Of a stretch of DNA of 64,000 nucleotides, positions 13,906-27,785 are shown in pieces. How positions within the stretch are numbered: position 1 is the stretch's first letter; each line of letters begins with the position of its first letter. Where the stretch lies: assembly GCA_964016885.1 (NCBI GenBank), contig OZ024752.1:4588001-4652000 (forward strand), in the 5' to 3' direction. The notes beneath the pieces were generated by a model. That model ran no database searches and was not told where the DNA came from. It saw only the letters and a program-made list of their open reading frames with translations. The position numbers were made by a program, and so were the translations under genes. This DNA is from Eledone cirrhosa (Eukaryota).

Positions 13906-14515
13906 GTGATCTCTCAATTTGAAGAAATAATAGCTCTACCTAGTAAATAAAATGTGTCTGATGGGAACTGTACTCCACACAGTCGTAAATGTATGTATGT
14001 TTGTGTAGACTAGAAGCTGATTTTCTTAAATCTGTTCAGCAATTCTTTCCTGAGACATTCCAACAGTTGTTCATTTACTTGGTCAGTAGGTCAGTCATTG
14101 TACTGGTGGAATGATGGAGAGGCTGGTAGTTCTTTGTTAATTGCTTTGATTCTTCTATCAGCTGATCCAAAAGATTTTGTCTGCAAGAGCTATGATGGTA
14201 GCCTTCAAACTTGATAAATTTCTTCATCCCTGATTTGCTCTTCTTTCTCTAGCCAACAAATCAGATGAGAAGCTGAGAGAGAGAGAGAGAGAGAGATACT
14301 CCAAGTGGTTGCTTGACCTGCTAGAAATAACAACCAAATGTCCCTTGAAGCATACCCTATCATCTTAAAAATAAAACTGTTAGTTAATATGGTAATGTAT
14401 GTGGTCCTTACACATAGGGACAACACAGTAGCTGTAACGTCTTTGATCATATATCTGCTGCCTCCATCAGAACTGACCTGGGGTTAAACTATAACAGCTT
14501 TACTTTCTGATTGAT

Positions 14516-14529
14516 TATATATATATATA

Positions 14530-14561
<32 letters not shown>

Positions 14562-14777
14562 CAAACATATATATCATCATTTAACATCCACTTTCCACAC
14601 TAGCATATACACACACACACAACGTATATATATATATGTGTGTGTGTACATATGTGTATGTGTGTGTGTGTGTGTGTGTGTACATATGTGTATGTGTGTG
14701 TGTGTGTGTGTGTGTGTACATATGTGTATGTGTGTGTGTGTGTGTACATATGTGTATGTGTGTGTGTGTGTACATAT

Positions 14778-14815
<38 letters not shown>

Positions 14816-14819
14816 ATAT

Positions 14820-14856
<37 letters not shown>

Positions 14857-14990
14857 GGAAGATGTTCAAGTAACTAGCTGCCAGCTTGGCCAAGTCTTCT
14901 TGATGTCTTGGCAGATAGCATTGGCTCTAACTCCTGTCCACCTCACTCTCTCTTATTGTGTGTGTGTGTGTGTATATATATGTATACACA

Positions 14991-15023
<33 letters not shown>

Positions 15024-15247
15024 GTGTGTGCGTTTGTATATGTGTGTGTGTGTGTGTGTTTGTATATATGTGTGTGTGTGTTTGTATATGTGTGTGTGTG
15101 TGTGTGTTTGTATATATGTGTGTGTGTGTTTGTATATGTGTGTGTGTGTGTGTGTTTGTATATACGTGTGTGTGTGTGTGTGTGTTTGTATATATATGTG
15201 TGTGTGTGTGTTTGTATATGTGTGTGTGTGTGTGTGTGTTTGTATAT

Positions 15248-15300
<53 letters not shown>

Positions 15301-15588
15301 TATATATGTGTGTGTGTGTTTGTATATGTGTGTGTGTGTGTTTGTATATATATGTGTGTGTGTGTGTTTGTATATGTGTGTGTGTGTGTGTTTGTATATA
15401 TATGTGTGTGTGTGTTTGTGTATATATATGTGTGTGTGTGTGCGTTTGTATATATATATATATGTGTGTGTGTGTTTGTATATATATATGTGTGTGTGTG
15501 TGTTTGTGTATATATATGTGTGTGTGTGTGCGTTTGTATATATATATATATGTGTGTGTGTGTTTGTATATATATATGTGTGTGTATA
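14516..15588. repeat. Compound (TG)n/(TA)n microsatellite field
   Basis: Direct reading. Confidence 0.95.
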
Positions 15589-15889
15589 TACAGGGTGTCT
15601 CCCAAAAATGTATATACACTTTGATTATATACTGTTAAAATGTGTATACATTTTGGTTGGGACACCCTGTGGGGACACCCTGTATGTGTGGGACACCCTG
15701 TATGTGTGGGACACCCTGTGGGGACACCCTGTATGTGTGGGACACCCTGTGGGGACACCCTGTATGTGTGGGACACCCTGTGGGGACACCCTGTATGTGT
15801 GGGACACCCTGTGGGGACACCCTGTATGTGTGGGACACCCTGTGGGGACACCCTGTATGTGTGGGACACCCTGTGGGGACACCCTGTAT
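15589..15889. mobile_element. Tc1/mariner-type mini-MITE (TA-CAGGGTGTC TIR) with tandemly amplified right end
   Basis: TACAGGGTGTCTCCCAAAAATGTATA...TATACATTTTGGTTGGGACACCCTG, then alternating 13/18-bp units containing GGACACCCTG, ending CCCTGTA. Confidence 0.7.
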
Positions 15890-16131
15890 ATATATGTGTG
15901 TGCGTGTCCACGTACACATGTTCAGGTCACTGTGAGCATCTATTTCACTGTGTGTGTGTGTATGTATATGTATATGTGTATATGTGTGTGCTTATGTATA
16001 TGTGTATATGTGTGTGCAGGCACAAATGTTAATATGTGGATGGCAATGTGAAAACATTTGTTTAGCATTGCGTATGTGTATGAGTGTTAATGTGTATATA
16101 TGTATGTGTATACATACATACACACACACAC

Positions 16132-16197
<66 letters not shown>

Positions 16198-16246
16198 CTA
16201 TCCAGGAAGCTCCAACCATTAAGGTTGTCTTTTTTTCCGGTAATGT

Positions 16247-16291
<45 letters not shown>

Positions 16292-16416
16292 TACATACAC
16301 ACGCACACACATACATATACACATACACACATACATATATATATATATATACACGCACATACATATATACACACATACACATACATATATATATGTATAT
16401 GCACACACACACATAC

Positions 16417-16509
<93 letters not shown>

Positions 16510-17390
16510 CGTATGTGTTAGTATGTGGTGATTAATGAATGCATGATTCTCTTTTGTTTTATGTGTGTGTGTAAGTACACGTACATATGTGTTTCTGAAT
16601 GTGTGTGCATTTGTTAATGTGTGGTTGTCAATGTGTGAGCTACATGTATATATGTGTGTCAGCTACATGTATATGTCAATATGTGAGTTACATGTATATG
16701 TCAATATGTGCGCTACATGTACATGTCAATATGTGCGCTACATGTGTGTGACAATGTGTGAACTATGTGGACATGTGGATCAGTTCTGTATGTATTGACT
16801 GTAGTCAATTGTATAGACAATAAGTGGCTTCTGTATCACCTATTACTATAGCACGTGTTTAGACATCAGCCTATAAATGTGTGTGTAATCATTTCCGATC
16901 GATATAATGTGTGTATAAATCATCTCCGATTGATCCTTTAAGACCTTGATAATGGGTTTTGAAATCCAAAAAGATTTGGGATTATTAGATTTGCTAAGGT
17001 AAGATTCTATTGTTATCTTAGCAATGTTAATTTTCTAGTGCATTGTATGGTGTTCAACATTATTTAAATTTGTGTGTATGAATTAAAGTCTATGTATTTA
17101 TGTATTTCATATTGTTGCTGTTATTGCTTAGCATCAGGTCAATGCTGATCAAAAGTATTCTAACATTCATTGATCAATCAAATCTTTTAGTATATCAAAG
17201 ACTACTGCATAATCTAATTTGCCCCTCTTTTTCCCTATGATGCTAAGATGTGATTTGAGGGAGATATTCTTGCTATTTCTGGAAGATCAGGCAGCCACAC
17301 GAAGGCCTCTTCATTAGCTCATTTAATTTATAATATCGATGAGGGAACATGGTGAATACTTTGTATTAACACATGTACTAGTTTGTGTGT

Positions 17391-20210
17391 ATCATCATCA
17401 TCGTTTTACATCCATTCTTCTACGCTAGCATGGGTTGGACGGGTTGTCCTGTTGTGGGCAGTGCCCTGTTGGCTGACCTTGTCTTGAACATACGGGAACT
17501 GATTCTGGCTTGATTTCTACAGCTGGATGCCCTTCCTAACACCAACCTCATTTACAGTGAGTGCTGGGTGCTTTTTTTCCGTGGTGCCTACACGACCACT
17601 TTACAGTGGGGGGGGGGGCATATTATCTATATGCTTCAGCTTCAGCTTGTACCCATGGGAAGTCGTGTCTTCTGTATTACTACATGATGCCAGAGGTCGC
17701 GGTCCTGTGTCATTGCCTTTGAGAGGAGCAACTGGGTAAGGTCAGCTTTTATCACCTCATCCCAAGTCTTCCTGATTCTCTACACTCTAAGGCTTCCATC
17801 GACTTTTAGTGCTCTGCACCTTTTTATGCAGCTGTCATCCTTCATACACAACACATGTCCATACCAATGCAACCGCCTCTCCTACACACAGCATTTGATT
17901 CCTCTTATTCTCAGTCTCTCTCTCAATTCATTTATGCTTTGCCGTTCGCGTATATTACTATTACACATCCATCGGAGCATGCAAGCTTCGTTTCTTTTTA
18001 ATCTACGCAAGTCTTCTACAGACAACGCCCAGGTCTCACTACCATGTAAGATTGCTGTTCGTATGCACGCATCATACAGTCTGCCTTTCATTTTGAGGGA
18101 AAAACCTTTTGCAGCTAGCAGTGGCAGTAGCTCCCTGAACTTCTTCCATCCCGTTCTTACCCTAGTTATTGTACTTTCTAAACGCCCACCTCTGCTATGT
18201 ATTCGGTCACCCAGGTAGCAGAAGCTGTCTACTGTTTCTACAGAGCCCTCCCAGAGTTTGGTGGTGCTTGTTTCCTGTGGGCGTTTGCTTCTAGCTGTCC
18301 CAGTGCAGCTGCTACATGTAAAGCCTACATTCTTAACTAAGCTTCCTGAGATCCCACTACATCTCTTGTGTACCCATTGTTTGCATTTGGGGCAGAGTAT
18401 TGAGTTCCTACCTACACCTTTCCTACATACTGAGCAAAGCCATTTCCCTAAGGGGATCTGGGCTCTGTTTTCTCGTCTACTTATGTAGACCTTAGTCTTT
18501 GTCAGGTTGACTTTAAGACCATTTCTTTCTGGTCTCTGCTTCCATGTTTGGAATTTCTTCTTTAGTTCTGCCATAGATTCAGCTATAAGTGTGGGATGAG
18601 CCGCATATAGGAGTTCCCATGGGCACCCAGTCTTAAACTCCTCTGTTATTGCCTGCAATACTATAATGAACAAGAGAGGGCTAAGAACAAAGCCCTGGTG
18701 GACACCGACCTGTATGCTAAATTCCTCGCTATACTCATTGCTAACCCTAACTTTGCTGACTGCTCCCCTGTACATGGCTTCTGCAGCCTTTACAAGCCAT
18801 TCATCTACTCCTAGTTTTCTTTAGAGCCCACCAGATTATAGCACGGGGAACTCTGTCGAAGGCTTTTTCCAGCTCAACAAATGCCAGGTAGAGCAGCTTA
18901 CTTTTAGCTAGGTACTTTTCCTGTAACTGCCTCACAAGGAAGAAGGCATCAGTGGTGCCTTTTTCTGGCACAAACCCAAACTGCCTCTCATCTAATTTTA
19001 CCCAGACCCTAATCAATTGTGCTATAACTCTTTCCGTTACTTTCATGACCTGGTCCATCAGCTTTATACCTCTATAGTTTCCTCTATCTAATGCATCACC
19101 TTTACCTTTGTAGCAATTGACAATGATGCTGCTGCACCAATCCTTTGGTATGACACCTTCTAGTATTACCTGGTTAACAATATGTGTGGTTATGGTATGA
19201 CCTACTGACCCAGCATCTCGGCAGCTATACCCAATGGACCGCTTGCCTTCCCAGTCTTCATATCTTTAATTGCCTTACTTACTACGCTGCTGCTAACTTG
19301 TACTGCTGGCCCCTCTATAGGGTCTACTTGGGGTAGGGTCTCTTTCTCCCATGCTTTCTTCTCAGCACTTGTGAGGGCAAGCTCACCTTTATCATTCTGG
19401 ACACACTTCTCTCCAATGACATCACAATTTTCTCTAACACACTGCCTCGCAATCCTGAGCACCTCCTGTTTCTGGCCCTCACGCTGCAAAACATGCTTGA
19501 ATTTTCTATCCTCTGCTTCCCTCCTAGCTAAGTATACTTGTCGCTTAGCTTCCCTCTTGGTCTCTATGTAATGTACCTTGCTTCCCTGCTCTTCCATTCT
19601 TTCCATGCCTGTCTCTTAGCCTTAATTGCCTCATCTACCTTATCGTTCCACCACCAAGTCACTCTCCTACTCCCTGTAGTCTTGTTCCAACCACAGATCT
19701 CGTCTGTCACCTTTAGTGAGTTATTTTTTAGGAACTCCCAGTGCTCTTCTACATTGAATGTCTCTATCTGTTCTTCTTTACTGTCATAGGCGTCGAGTAA
19801 GATATCTTTAAATCTGTTACTGGCTGAGGAGTCTTTCAGCTTCCAGATCTTTCTTCTCTAGGTTGCCTTCTGTTTCCAAGTTCGTCTAGTTCTGACAGTG
19901 TGGTCGCTGACAACTAAGTTATGTTGGGAGGTACATTCCTCACCATCTATCTTGTCCTCTGATTAGGATAAAATCTATCTGACTAGAATGCTCCCCTGAT
20001 CTAGGTGATCGGAATGTTGTTGGGTTTTTTGAAGTTTGTGTTACATATCGACATGTCATTGGCATCGCAGAATTCAAGAAGCCTGAATCCTTCTTCATTT
20101 CTTGTGCCAAATCCGTAGCCTCCATGGACTCTATAGAAGCCATCACGGTGTTTCCCAACATGTCTGTTAAAGTCTCCTGCAATGATAAGGAAGTCATTGT
20201 CGTGTGTTAG
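17391..20210 (-). mobile_element. Longest RTE LINE copy, decayed: APE endonuclease, RT with Cys/His insert, tail
   Basis: IIAGDFNRHVG...GFGTRNEEGFRLLEFC and QIDFILIR (APE); QFGFVPEKGTTDA; GVHQGFVLSPLLF; YADD degraded to YAAH; frameshifts; (ATC)n tail. Confidence 0.93.
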
Positions 20211-20259
20211 GGAGTTAATGCAGTAAATACATGGGTTAAGGCATGACTTAGTGTGAAGT

Positions 20260-20420
20260 CGCATGGCCTGATGGTTAGGCTGCATGGCGTACGACCATGA
20301 TATCATCAGTTTGATTCCTGGACAGGGTTGCATGTTGTGTTCTTGAGCAAAACCCTTCATCTCATGTTGCTCCAGTATAGTCAGCTGAAAATGAGTACCA
20401 GTAATTGCTGGATGAACCGG
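20260..20420 (+). mobile_element. tRNA-derived SINE family B (CORE-like), degenerate
   Basis: TGGCCTGATGGTTAGG (A-box-like)...GTTGTGTTCTTGAGCAAAACCCTT. Confidence 0.55.
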
Positions 20421-21185
20421 GATAAGTACTGGCACGATGAACCTCTGAACTTGAGAGAGAATTTAGATATATTATTAAGCTGGCATTTAATACGTTGCTT
20501 AAAATATTTGGGCAGTTTGGTATGAAAAGGGTTAAAATTGTATCAAAATTGGTATGACAGAGTTTGTCCATAAAATATTGGAAGAAGTTCAGTAATTTCG
20601 GAAAAACTTACAAGAGTTCCATCACAAGATGGAACCACTGGTATACATATGAAAGACTTGCATTACATAAACATACAGAAAAAGGGAGCAGCTTTGGAAA
20701 GGACTATAAATGCCATAAGTGAGAGGAAAAGGAGGGAGAGATGAAGGACAACTAGACAAAGGAAGGGAAGATGGTGAGAGACTTTATACCTAGGTCTGAG
20801 CGGTGTTTTTGGCTGTGCCAAACCTAACCCACAGACAAAATAGCAAAAGCATTTCCTCAGCCGATGGGCAGCAATAATCACTGCAACAACAACCCTACCT
20901 CATGGGGCTTCTTCCTCAGATGGACTGCTTCCATTAACATATAAATCTCTGGTAGTGAGAGAGTGAAATAACCCTGGCTTGATGTCTGACAAAATTCCTA
21001 CCTTTGCTCTGAGGTGAGGAGGTATACCAGATACCTTGATTGATGACAAGTAAACAGGCATATATATATAGGTGTATGTCTGTTTCTATATATATATATA
21101 TATATATAACAAAGGAAATGAGGTAAGGAACCAGATGGACCATAACGCACCAGAGTACTCAATACTTAGGGCAGTAGAGTGGGAA

Positions 21186-21245
21186 ATAGGAAAAAGTATG
21201 ACATCGAAACGGCTTGAGCTCTGCCGTCGGGGTCATACTTTTTTC

Positions 21246-21248
<3 letters not shown>
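21186..21248 (+). ncRNA. Partial hammerhead-like fold (core deleted)
   Basis: AGGAAAAAGTATGAC / GTCATACTTTTTTCT stem enclosing GAAACGGC-loop-GCCGTC; no CTGATGA or stem II; homolog at 34482-34530 (-). Confidence 0.4.
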
Positions 21249-21280
<32 letters not shown>

Positions 21281-21920
21281 ATATATAACTTTATATATAT
21301 CTACATACCTTTCTCTCTCCACACATGCTCACTCATTCACACACATATACATACATACATATATATCTCTCTACACATGCTCACGCATTCACATAGAAAC
21401 ACGCACACATACATATGTATCTATATGTAAGTATGTGTGTGAATGCGTGAGCATTTGTGGAGAGAAAAATGTATATAGATATATATATATATAAATGTAT
21501 GTATGTAATGTGGATATATATAAATTTATATACAAAACACGCACACACGCACATACTTATACACACATATATATACACACCGACACATACATACAGAGGC
21601 AGGTAGACAGACAAACCTACACTGACAGACAGGCATCATTTGTAAGATAGCATCATCATTGTGTTGTTGAAATAAGTGTGTGATAAAAGAAAATTAATAA
21701 ACTCTACAGGAGGTCCTTCCATGCATCCCTAACCATGCCAAGTTTTACCTCCTTAACAACACCTACCACCCTGTTCATTGACAACCCATTTCTTTCGTAG
21801 GACCCCTATTTTATTTCTTTATTTCCCTTTTGTAACCTTCCCTTATTTTAGTTTTTCCACTCCTCTGAGCAGAAGGTGGATGGAATAAGTGATTCTTGTT
21901 TTTGTTTTGTATGCCATTAG

Positions 21921-21951
<31 letters not shown>

Positions 21952-21954
21952 TGT

Positions 21955-22170
21955 GAATTGGCAGTATCGGTAGTTTTACAGTATCGGTAGTTTTACAGCA
22001 TAGAGTTACGGCCCTTTACGCTCTGGGTTCAAATTCCGCTGTGGTTAACTTTGCCTTTCATCCTTTCATCGATAAAATAAAGTACCAGTCACGAACTGGG
22101 GTCGATTTGATCGACTTTCCCATCCCCCCTAAAATTGCTGGCCTTGTGCCTATATAGGAAACCATTATTA
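21955..22170 (+). mobile_element. SINE family A
   Basis: GGTTCAAATTCCGCTGTGGTTAACTTTGCCTTTCATCC...GATAAAATAAAGTACCAGT. Confidence 0.8.
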
Positions 22171-22622
22171 TTAGTAGTGGTGGTGGTAGTAGTAGCAGTG
22201 GTGGTGGTGGTGGTGGTAGTAGTAGCAGTGGTGGTGGTAGTAGTAGCAGCAGTGGTGGTGGTGGTAGTAGTAGCAGTGGTGGTGGTGGTAGTAGTAGCAG
22301 TGGTGGTGGTGGTAGTAGCAGTGGTGGTGGTGGTAGTAGCAGTGGTGGTGGTGGTCGTAGTAGTAGTAGTGGTGGTGGTGGTAGTCGTAGTAGTAGCAGT
22401 AGTGGTGGTGGTGGTAGTCGTAGTAGTAGCAGTAGTAACGGTGGTGGTAGTCGTAGTAGTAGCAGTGGTGGTGGAGGTGGTAGTCGTAGTAGGAGCAGTA
22501 GTAACGGTGGTGGTGGTGGTGGTAGTAGTAGCAGTGGTGGTGGTGGTGGTGGTAGTCGTAGTAGTAGCAGTAGTAACGGTGGTGGTGGTGGTTGTAGTAG
22601 TAGTAGCAGTGGTGGTGGTATT
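22171..22622. repeat. (GTG/GTA/GCA)n compound triplet repeat
   Basis: Direct reading. Confidence 0.95.
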
Positions 22623-22953
22623 AGTATTTTCTTCTACTGAGAAAACATTAATACAATTTTTTTATTATTTTTTTTATTACCTTTTCTCCTTGTTACCTGG
22701 GTAGGTAAGCTTCTCCCTCCCACCTTTGTCAGTTGGATGGAGAGATACACTTGTAGTTTTTAACAAGGTTTCACTTCAGATATTTCTCTCTCCTCACCTG
22801 GCTCCCTTCCTCACCCTTTCCTGCACCACACCACCTTCTTTCTCAACACATACAATATGTTATGCCTCTCTGCTTCCCGTCTTTTGTTGTTGCCCTTGCT
22901 TATTAAAAAAGAGAAATGATCCATGTATGTACATACATATAATTGTACACTGT

Positions 22954-23014
<61 letters not shown>

Positions 23015-23085
23015 TTGCACACACACATATAGACACAGGCAGGCAGACAGACAAACATACATGCAGACAGACTGACAGGTATGAT

Positions 23086-23116
<31 letters not shown>

Positions 23117-23117
<1 letters not shown>

Positions 23118-24772
23118 ATGTGTCAAGGAAAACCATGATGTTGTCGGGGAGAAGTGTGTCCTTAATGATGATGGTGTACTTGCCATCACTGACGCTGATA
23201 AGAAGGTAGCTTGGAAGTGTCAGTACGAAAGGCTACTAAATGAGGAGAATAAATGGGAGAAAGACAGTCTCCCCTACATCGATCCAATAGAGGGACCAGC
23301 AGTGCAAGTTGAAGGTAGTATAATAAGTAAGGCAATCAAAGATATGAAGACGGGTAAGGTGGCGGGGCCTTCGGAAATAGTTGCTGAAATGCTGAAAGCT
23401 ACTGGAAAGGTGGGACACACTATGATCACCCGGATAGTAAACCAAGTCATACAGAATGGGGTTGTTCCGAAGGACTGGCGTAGCAGCACCATCATTAACT
23501 GCTACAAGGGCAAAGGAGATGACCTAGATAGGGAAACTATAGAGGCATTAAATTAATTGACCAGGTCATGAAGGTCACAGAAAAAGTAATAGCGCAACTA
23601 ATCAGAGAGCGAATTGATCTAGATGAAATGCAGTTCGGGTTTGTGTCAGGTAAAAGTACCACAGACGCTCTTTTCATTGTACGACAACTACAGGAGAAGT
23701 ACCTAGCTAAAAGTAAACCCCTATACTTAGCTTTTGTTGACTTGGAGAAAGCCTTTGACAGAGTCCCATGCCCCATTATCTGGTGGGCTCTTAGAAAACT
23801 AGGTGTTGATGAATGGCTTGTGAGAACTATACAAGCCATGTATAAAGAAACAGTCAGCAAGGTTAGAATTAACAACGAATATAGTGAAGAGTTTAGCGTA
23901 AAAGTTGGTGTTCATCAGGGCTCTGTTCTCAGCCCCCTACTATTTATTATTGCCCTTCAGGCTATAACAGTGGAGTTCAAGACCGGCTGCCCATGGGAAC
24001 TCCTATATGCAGATGATCTAACGCTCATAGCTGAATCAATGGCTGAACTAGAGAAGAAATTCCAAACATGGAAGCATGGCCTAGAATCAAAAGGCCTTAA
24101 AATTAACCTGTCTAAGACTAAAGTTATAGTATGTAGGAAGGATAATAGGGCACTGGTCCCATCTGGGAAATGGCCATGCTCAATGTGTAGGAAAGGAGTA
24201 GGCAGAAATTCCATTTTATGTCCCAAATGCAAAGTATGGGTGCATAAAAGATGTAGTGGGATCACAGGTAAGCTAACTAAGAATATAGATTTTATATGTG
24301 GCCGGTGCTCTGGTGCAATAAGTAGCAGCAAGTGCCCACAGAATACTAGCTCATTCCATTGCACAGATGGTTCTATAGAAATAGTGGACAGCTTCCGTTA
24401 CCTGGGTGACAAAATCAGCAGTGGTGGAGGGTGCTCTGAAAGTACAGTAGCTAGTGTCAGAACAGGATGGAAAAAGTTCAGAGAGCTTATACCACTCTTG
24501 GCCGCTAAAGGTTTCTCTCTAAAAATGAAAGGCAGGCTGTATGATGCCTGCATACGAACAGCAATGTTACATGGCAGTGAGACATGGGCATTGTGTGCAG
24601 AGGATCTGCGCAGACTGTAGAGGAACGAAGCTTGCATGCTCCGTTGGATGTGTAATAGTAATATACGTGAACGGCAAAGCATAAATGAACTAAGTGAGAA
24701 ATTAGGAATAAGAGGGATCAGATGCTGTTTACTCAAGAGAAGACTACGTTGGTATGGTCACGTGATACGCAT
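23117..24772 (+). mobile_element. RTE LINE, 5'- and 3'-truncated RT pseudogene
   Basis: ORF 23568-24620 with [29 protein letters not shown]; frameshift near 23535 and stop at 24618; closely similar to 59359-61107. Confidence 0.95.
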
Positions 24773-24937
24773 GCGTAAAGATCGGCGGATCACTCTGGAT
24801 GCTCTCTGCATTTTGGTTCCTGAGGTTTCCCGAAGCACCATCCACAGGATTTTAACGGAAAAGTTGCAATATCGGAAGGAGACCTTACTTTTGGGATTGC
24901 CATCGTATGTATACATTTTTGGGGGGACACCCTGTAT
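24773..24937. mobile_element. mariner transposase HTH fragment plus Tc1-type MITE end
   Basis: DRRITLDALCILVPEVSRSTIHRILTEKLQYRK (mariner DRRxT..IxxIL..L.Y.K), then TATACATTTTTGGGGGGACACCCTGTA, the same TIR as at 15589. Confidence 0.7.
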
Positions 24938-25177
24938 ATATATATGATGATGATACATCTGTGTGTGTGTATAATATATGTACTGAAAAACAACTTAGTG
25001 TATGTGCTAAGCTAAAATATTCATAGCTATTTCACTTCCATTAATGTCAATGGATAATGCATGAACATCACAAAATCACAAAATATGCTTACATCCTCAT
25101 AAGCCAATATGGCTGGTCACTTATTACTAGATACATCCCTTGGGGAAAGGTCAAGCAGTGAATTTTAATTGCTTTGG

Positions 25178-25388
25178 TTAACCCTTCAGCATTTAAACCA
25201 GCCATATCCAGCAAAAATTCTCTTCTTTTTCTGTTCAAACCGGCTGTAACCAGTCACTCACACTGATGTTAAGATATCATTCTTAAAATTAACAATAATG
25301 CCATCAAAATCTTGTAGATTTGAGATAAAGCCTTTACCATGAAAATGCAATAGTAAATATAGAGTAATATAAATGGTTAAAGGGTTAA
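25178..25388. mobile_element. piggyBac-like MITE
   Basis: TTAACCCTTCAGCATTTA ... AAAGGGTTAA. Confidence 0.75.
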
Positions 25389-25560
25389 TTGGTTAAAAAT
25401 GTAGATGGTTGAATAACATCCTTGAGCTTGGCTGGTCTCGCTTGGGAATCCAGCCGGATCAGTTAGAGACGGTTGCTTCAGACAGGACCCACTGGAAGGA
25501 GTGTTTGAGGGCTCTACCCTGATTACCCTTTCAAGAATAAGTGGGCGAAAAAGAAGACGA

Positions 25561-26480
25561 GTGTAGATATGTATTAGTGTGGATATGTATTAGTGTAGAT
25601 ATGTATTAGTGTAGATATGTATTAGTGTGATATGTATTAGTGTAGATATGTATTAGTGTGGATATGTATTAGTGTAGATATGTATTAGTGTAGATATGTA
25701 TTAGTGTAGATATGTATTAGTGTAGATATGTATTAGTGTGATATGTATTAGTGTAGATATGTATTAGTGTGATATGTATTAGTGTAGATATGTATTAGTG
25801 TGATGTGTATTAGTGTAGATATGTATTAGTGTGATGTGTATTAGTGTAGATATGTATTAGTGTAGATATGTATTAGTGTGATGTGTATTAGTGTAGATAT
25901 GTATTAGTGTGATGTGTATTAGTGTAGATATGTATTAGTGTGATGTGTATTAGTGTAGATATGTATTAGTGTAGATATGTATTAGTGTGATGTGTATTAG
26001 TGTAGATATGTATTAGTGTGATGTGTATTAGTGTGGATATGTATTAGTGTGATGTGTATTAGTGTAGATATGTATTAGTGTAGATATGTATTAGTGTAGA
26101 TATGTATTAGTGTAGATATGTATTAGTGTGATGTGTATTAGTGTGGATATGTATTAGTGTGATGTGTATTAGTGTAGATATGTATTAGTGTGATGTGTAT
26201 TAGTGTGGATATGTATTAGTGTGATGTGTATTAGTGTAGATATGTATTAGTGTAGATATGTATTAGTGTAGATATGTATTAGTGTGATGTGTATTAGTGT
26301 AGATATGTATTAGTGTGATGTGTATTAGTGTAGATATGTATTAGTGTAGATATGTATTAGTGTAGATATGTATTAGTGTGATGTGTATTAGTGTGGATAT
26401 GTATTAGTGTGATGTGTATTAGTGTAGATATGTATTAGTGTGATGTGTATTAGTGTAGATATGTATTAGTGTGATGTGTA
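25561..26480. repeat. 15/16-bp minisatellite (GTGTAGATATGTATTA / GTGTGATGTGTATTA)
   Basis: Direct periodicity; flanked by + strand copies of the third RTE family (about 25415-25560 and 26480-26705). Confidence 0.95.
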
Positions 26481-27434
26481 ATGGCATGTAGCTAGGATGT
26501 CTCAGGAAAAAAAATCACTGGACAGATTTTTCTGGTAAATCCAGTGGTAGACCCACATCAAGCAAGATGGTTGGATAACATCCATGAGCTTTGCTGATCT
26601 CACTTGGGGATCCAGCCAGATCAGTTGAAGGATCTGTTGGAAGGAGTATTTGAGGTCTCTTCCCCCTCCTCATGACCCGCACAGGAATAAGTGGGCAAAG
26701 AAGATGTGTACAGGGCTGTATTAAGTCCTTTTCAGGTCCTATGTACTTAAAAAATTATGGTGACCCTCATATATAAAGTCTGCCCTCTCAAAAAAAACGT
26801 TTTTGAAATAACAAATACATATAAATAATTTGGTGCTCTTCTTCCCTTGATGCCCTAAACATATGTTTATTTGGCTTAATGTGAAATCCAGCCTTGACTG
26901 TGTACATATGTGTGTCTATATATGTGTGCTTCTGTGTGTGTATATATGTGTTTCTGTGTGTTTCTATGTGTGTATATACAAGTGTGTTTCTGTGTGTGTA
27001 TATCCGTATGCATGTACAAAAATATATATGTATATTCATACATATGTTTATTATGTATGTAAATATTTCTATATGAGTGTGTGTACATATGTATGTATAA
27101 ACGTGTGTATGCATTTGTGTATTTATGTGTCTACATACGAGAGTAAGCAGCAAGGATCATAGGCTGACCAAGATACTCTCATGGAATGACCAAATGAGGT
27201 TTATTTTTCAACATAGACCCTGGAAAGAAACAATGTAGTTATTGATAAGAAGAGTTGAAATTAATGCATGCAAGACTTCACAGCTCTAGCAGCATTCCTT
27301 CATAGTCAGCCAGAACTTTTAAGACAGCCTTGTATGTTTGTATCTGTGTTCAACTAAGAAATGACAGGAATTTGAATGCAGATACTACAAGCAATCTTGT
27401 CTGAAGCCCTAACAATTCCACTCATTCACTTCCC

Positions 27435-27785
27435 TTCTTCTTTGTCCACTTATTCCTGAGAGGGTTATGGCAGCAGAGTCCTCCTCAAACACTCCTTCCA
27501 GCAGGTCCTGTCAGAAGCAACCATCTTCAACTGATCCAGCTGGATCCCCAAGAGTGACCAGCGAAGCTCATGAATGTTATCCAACCATCTTGCTCGGGGT
27601 CTACCCAAGGGTCTCCTGCCAGTTGGTTTTGCCCATAAAATCTGTCCAGCAATTCTTTCCTGAGACATTCTAACCACATGTCCACAGTATCGGATCTGTG
27701 ATACCTCAACTCAGAGAAGTAGTGACTCTACCTGGAGTGACTCTCTCATCTCCAAGCTATGCACTCTGTCGAGTAACGTCACTCA
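27435..27785 (-). mobile_element. Old RTE-type LINE 3' fragment (third family)
   Basis: ORF 27465-27677 VRMSQERIAGQILWAKPTGRRPLGRPRARWLD. Confidence 0.75.

Noticed and set aside
25561-26480. 15/16-bp repeat as a telomere-like array
   Set aside because: No TTAGGG-type unit; ordinary interstitial minisatellite
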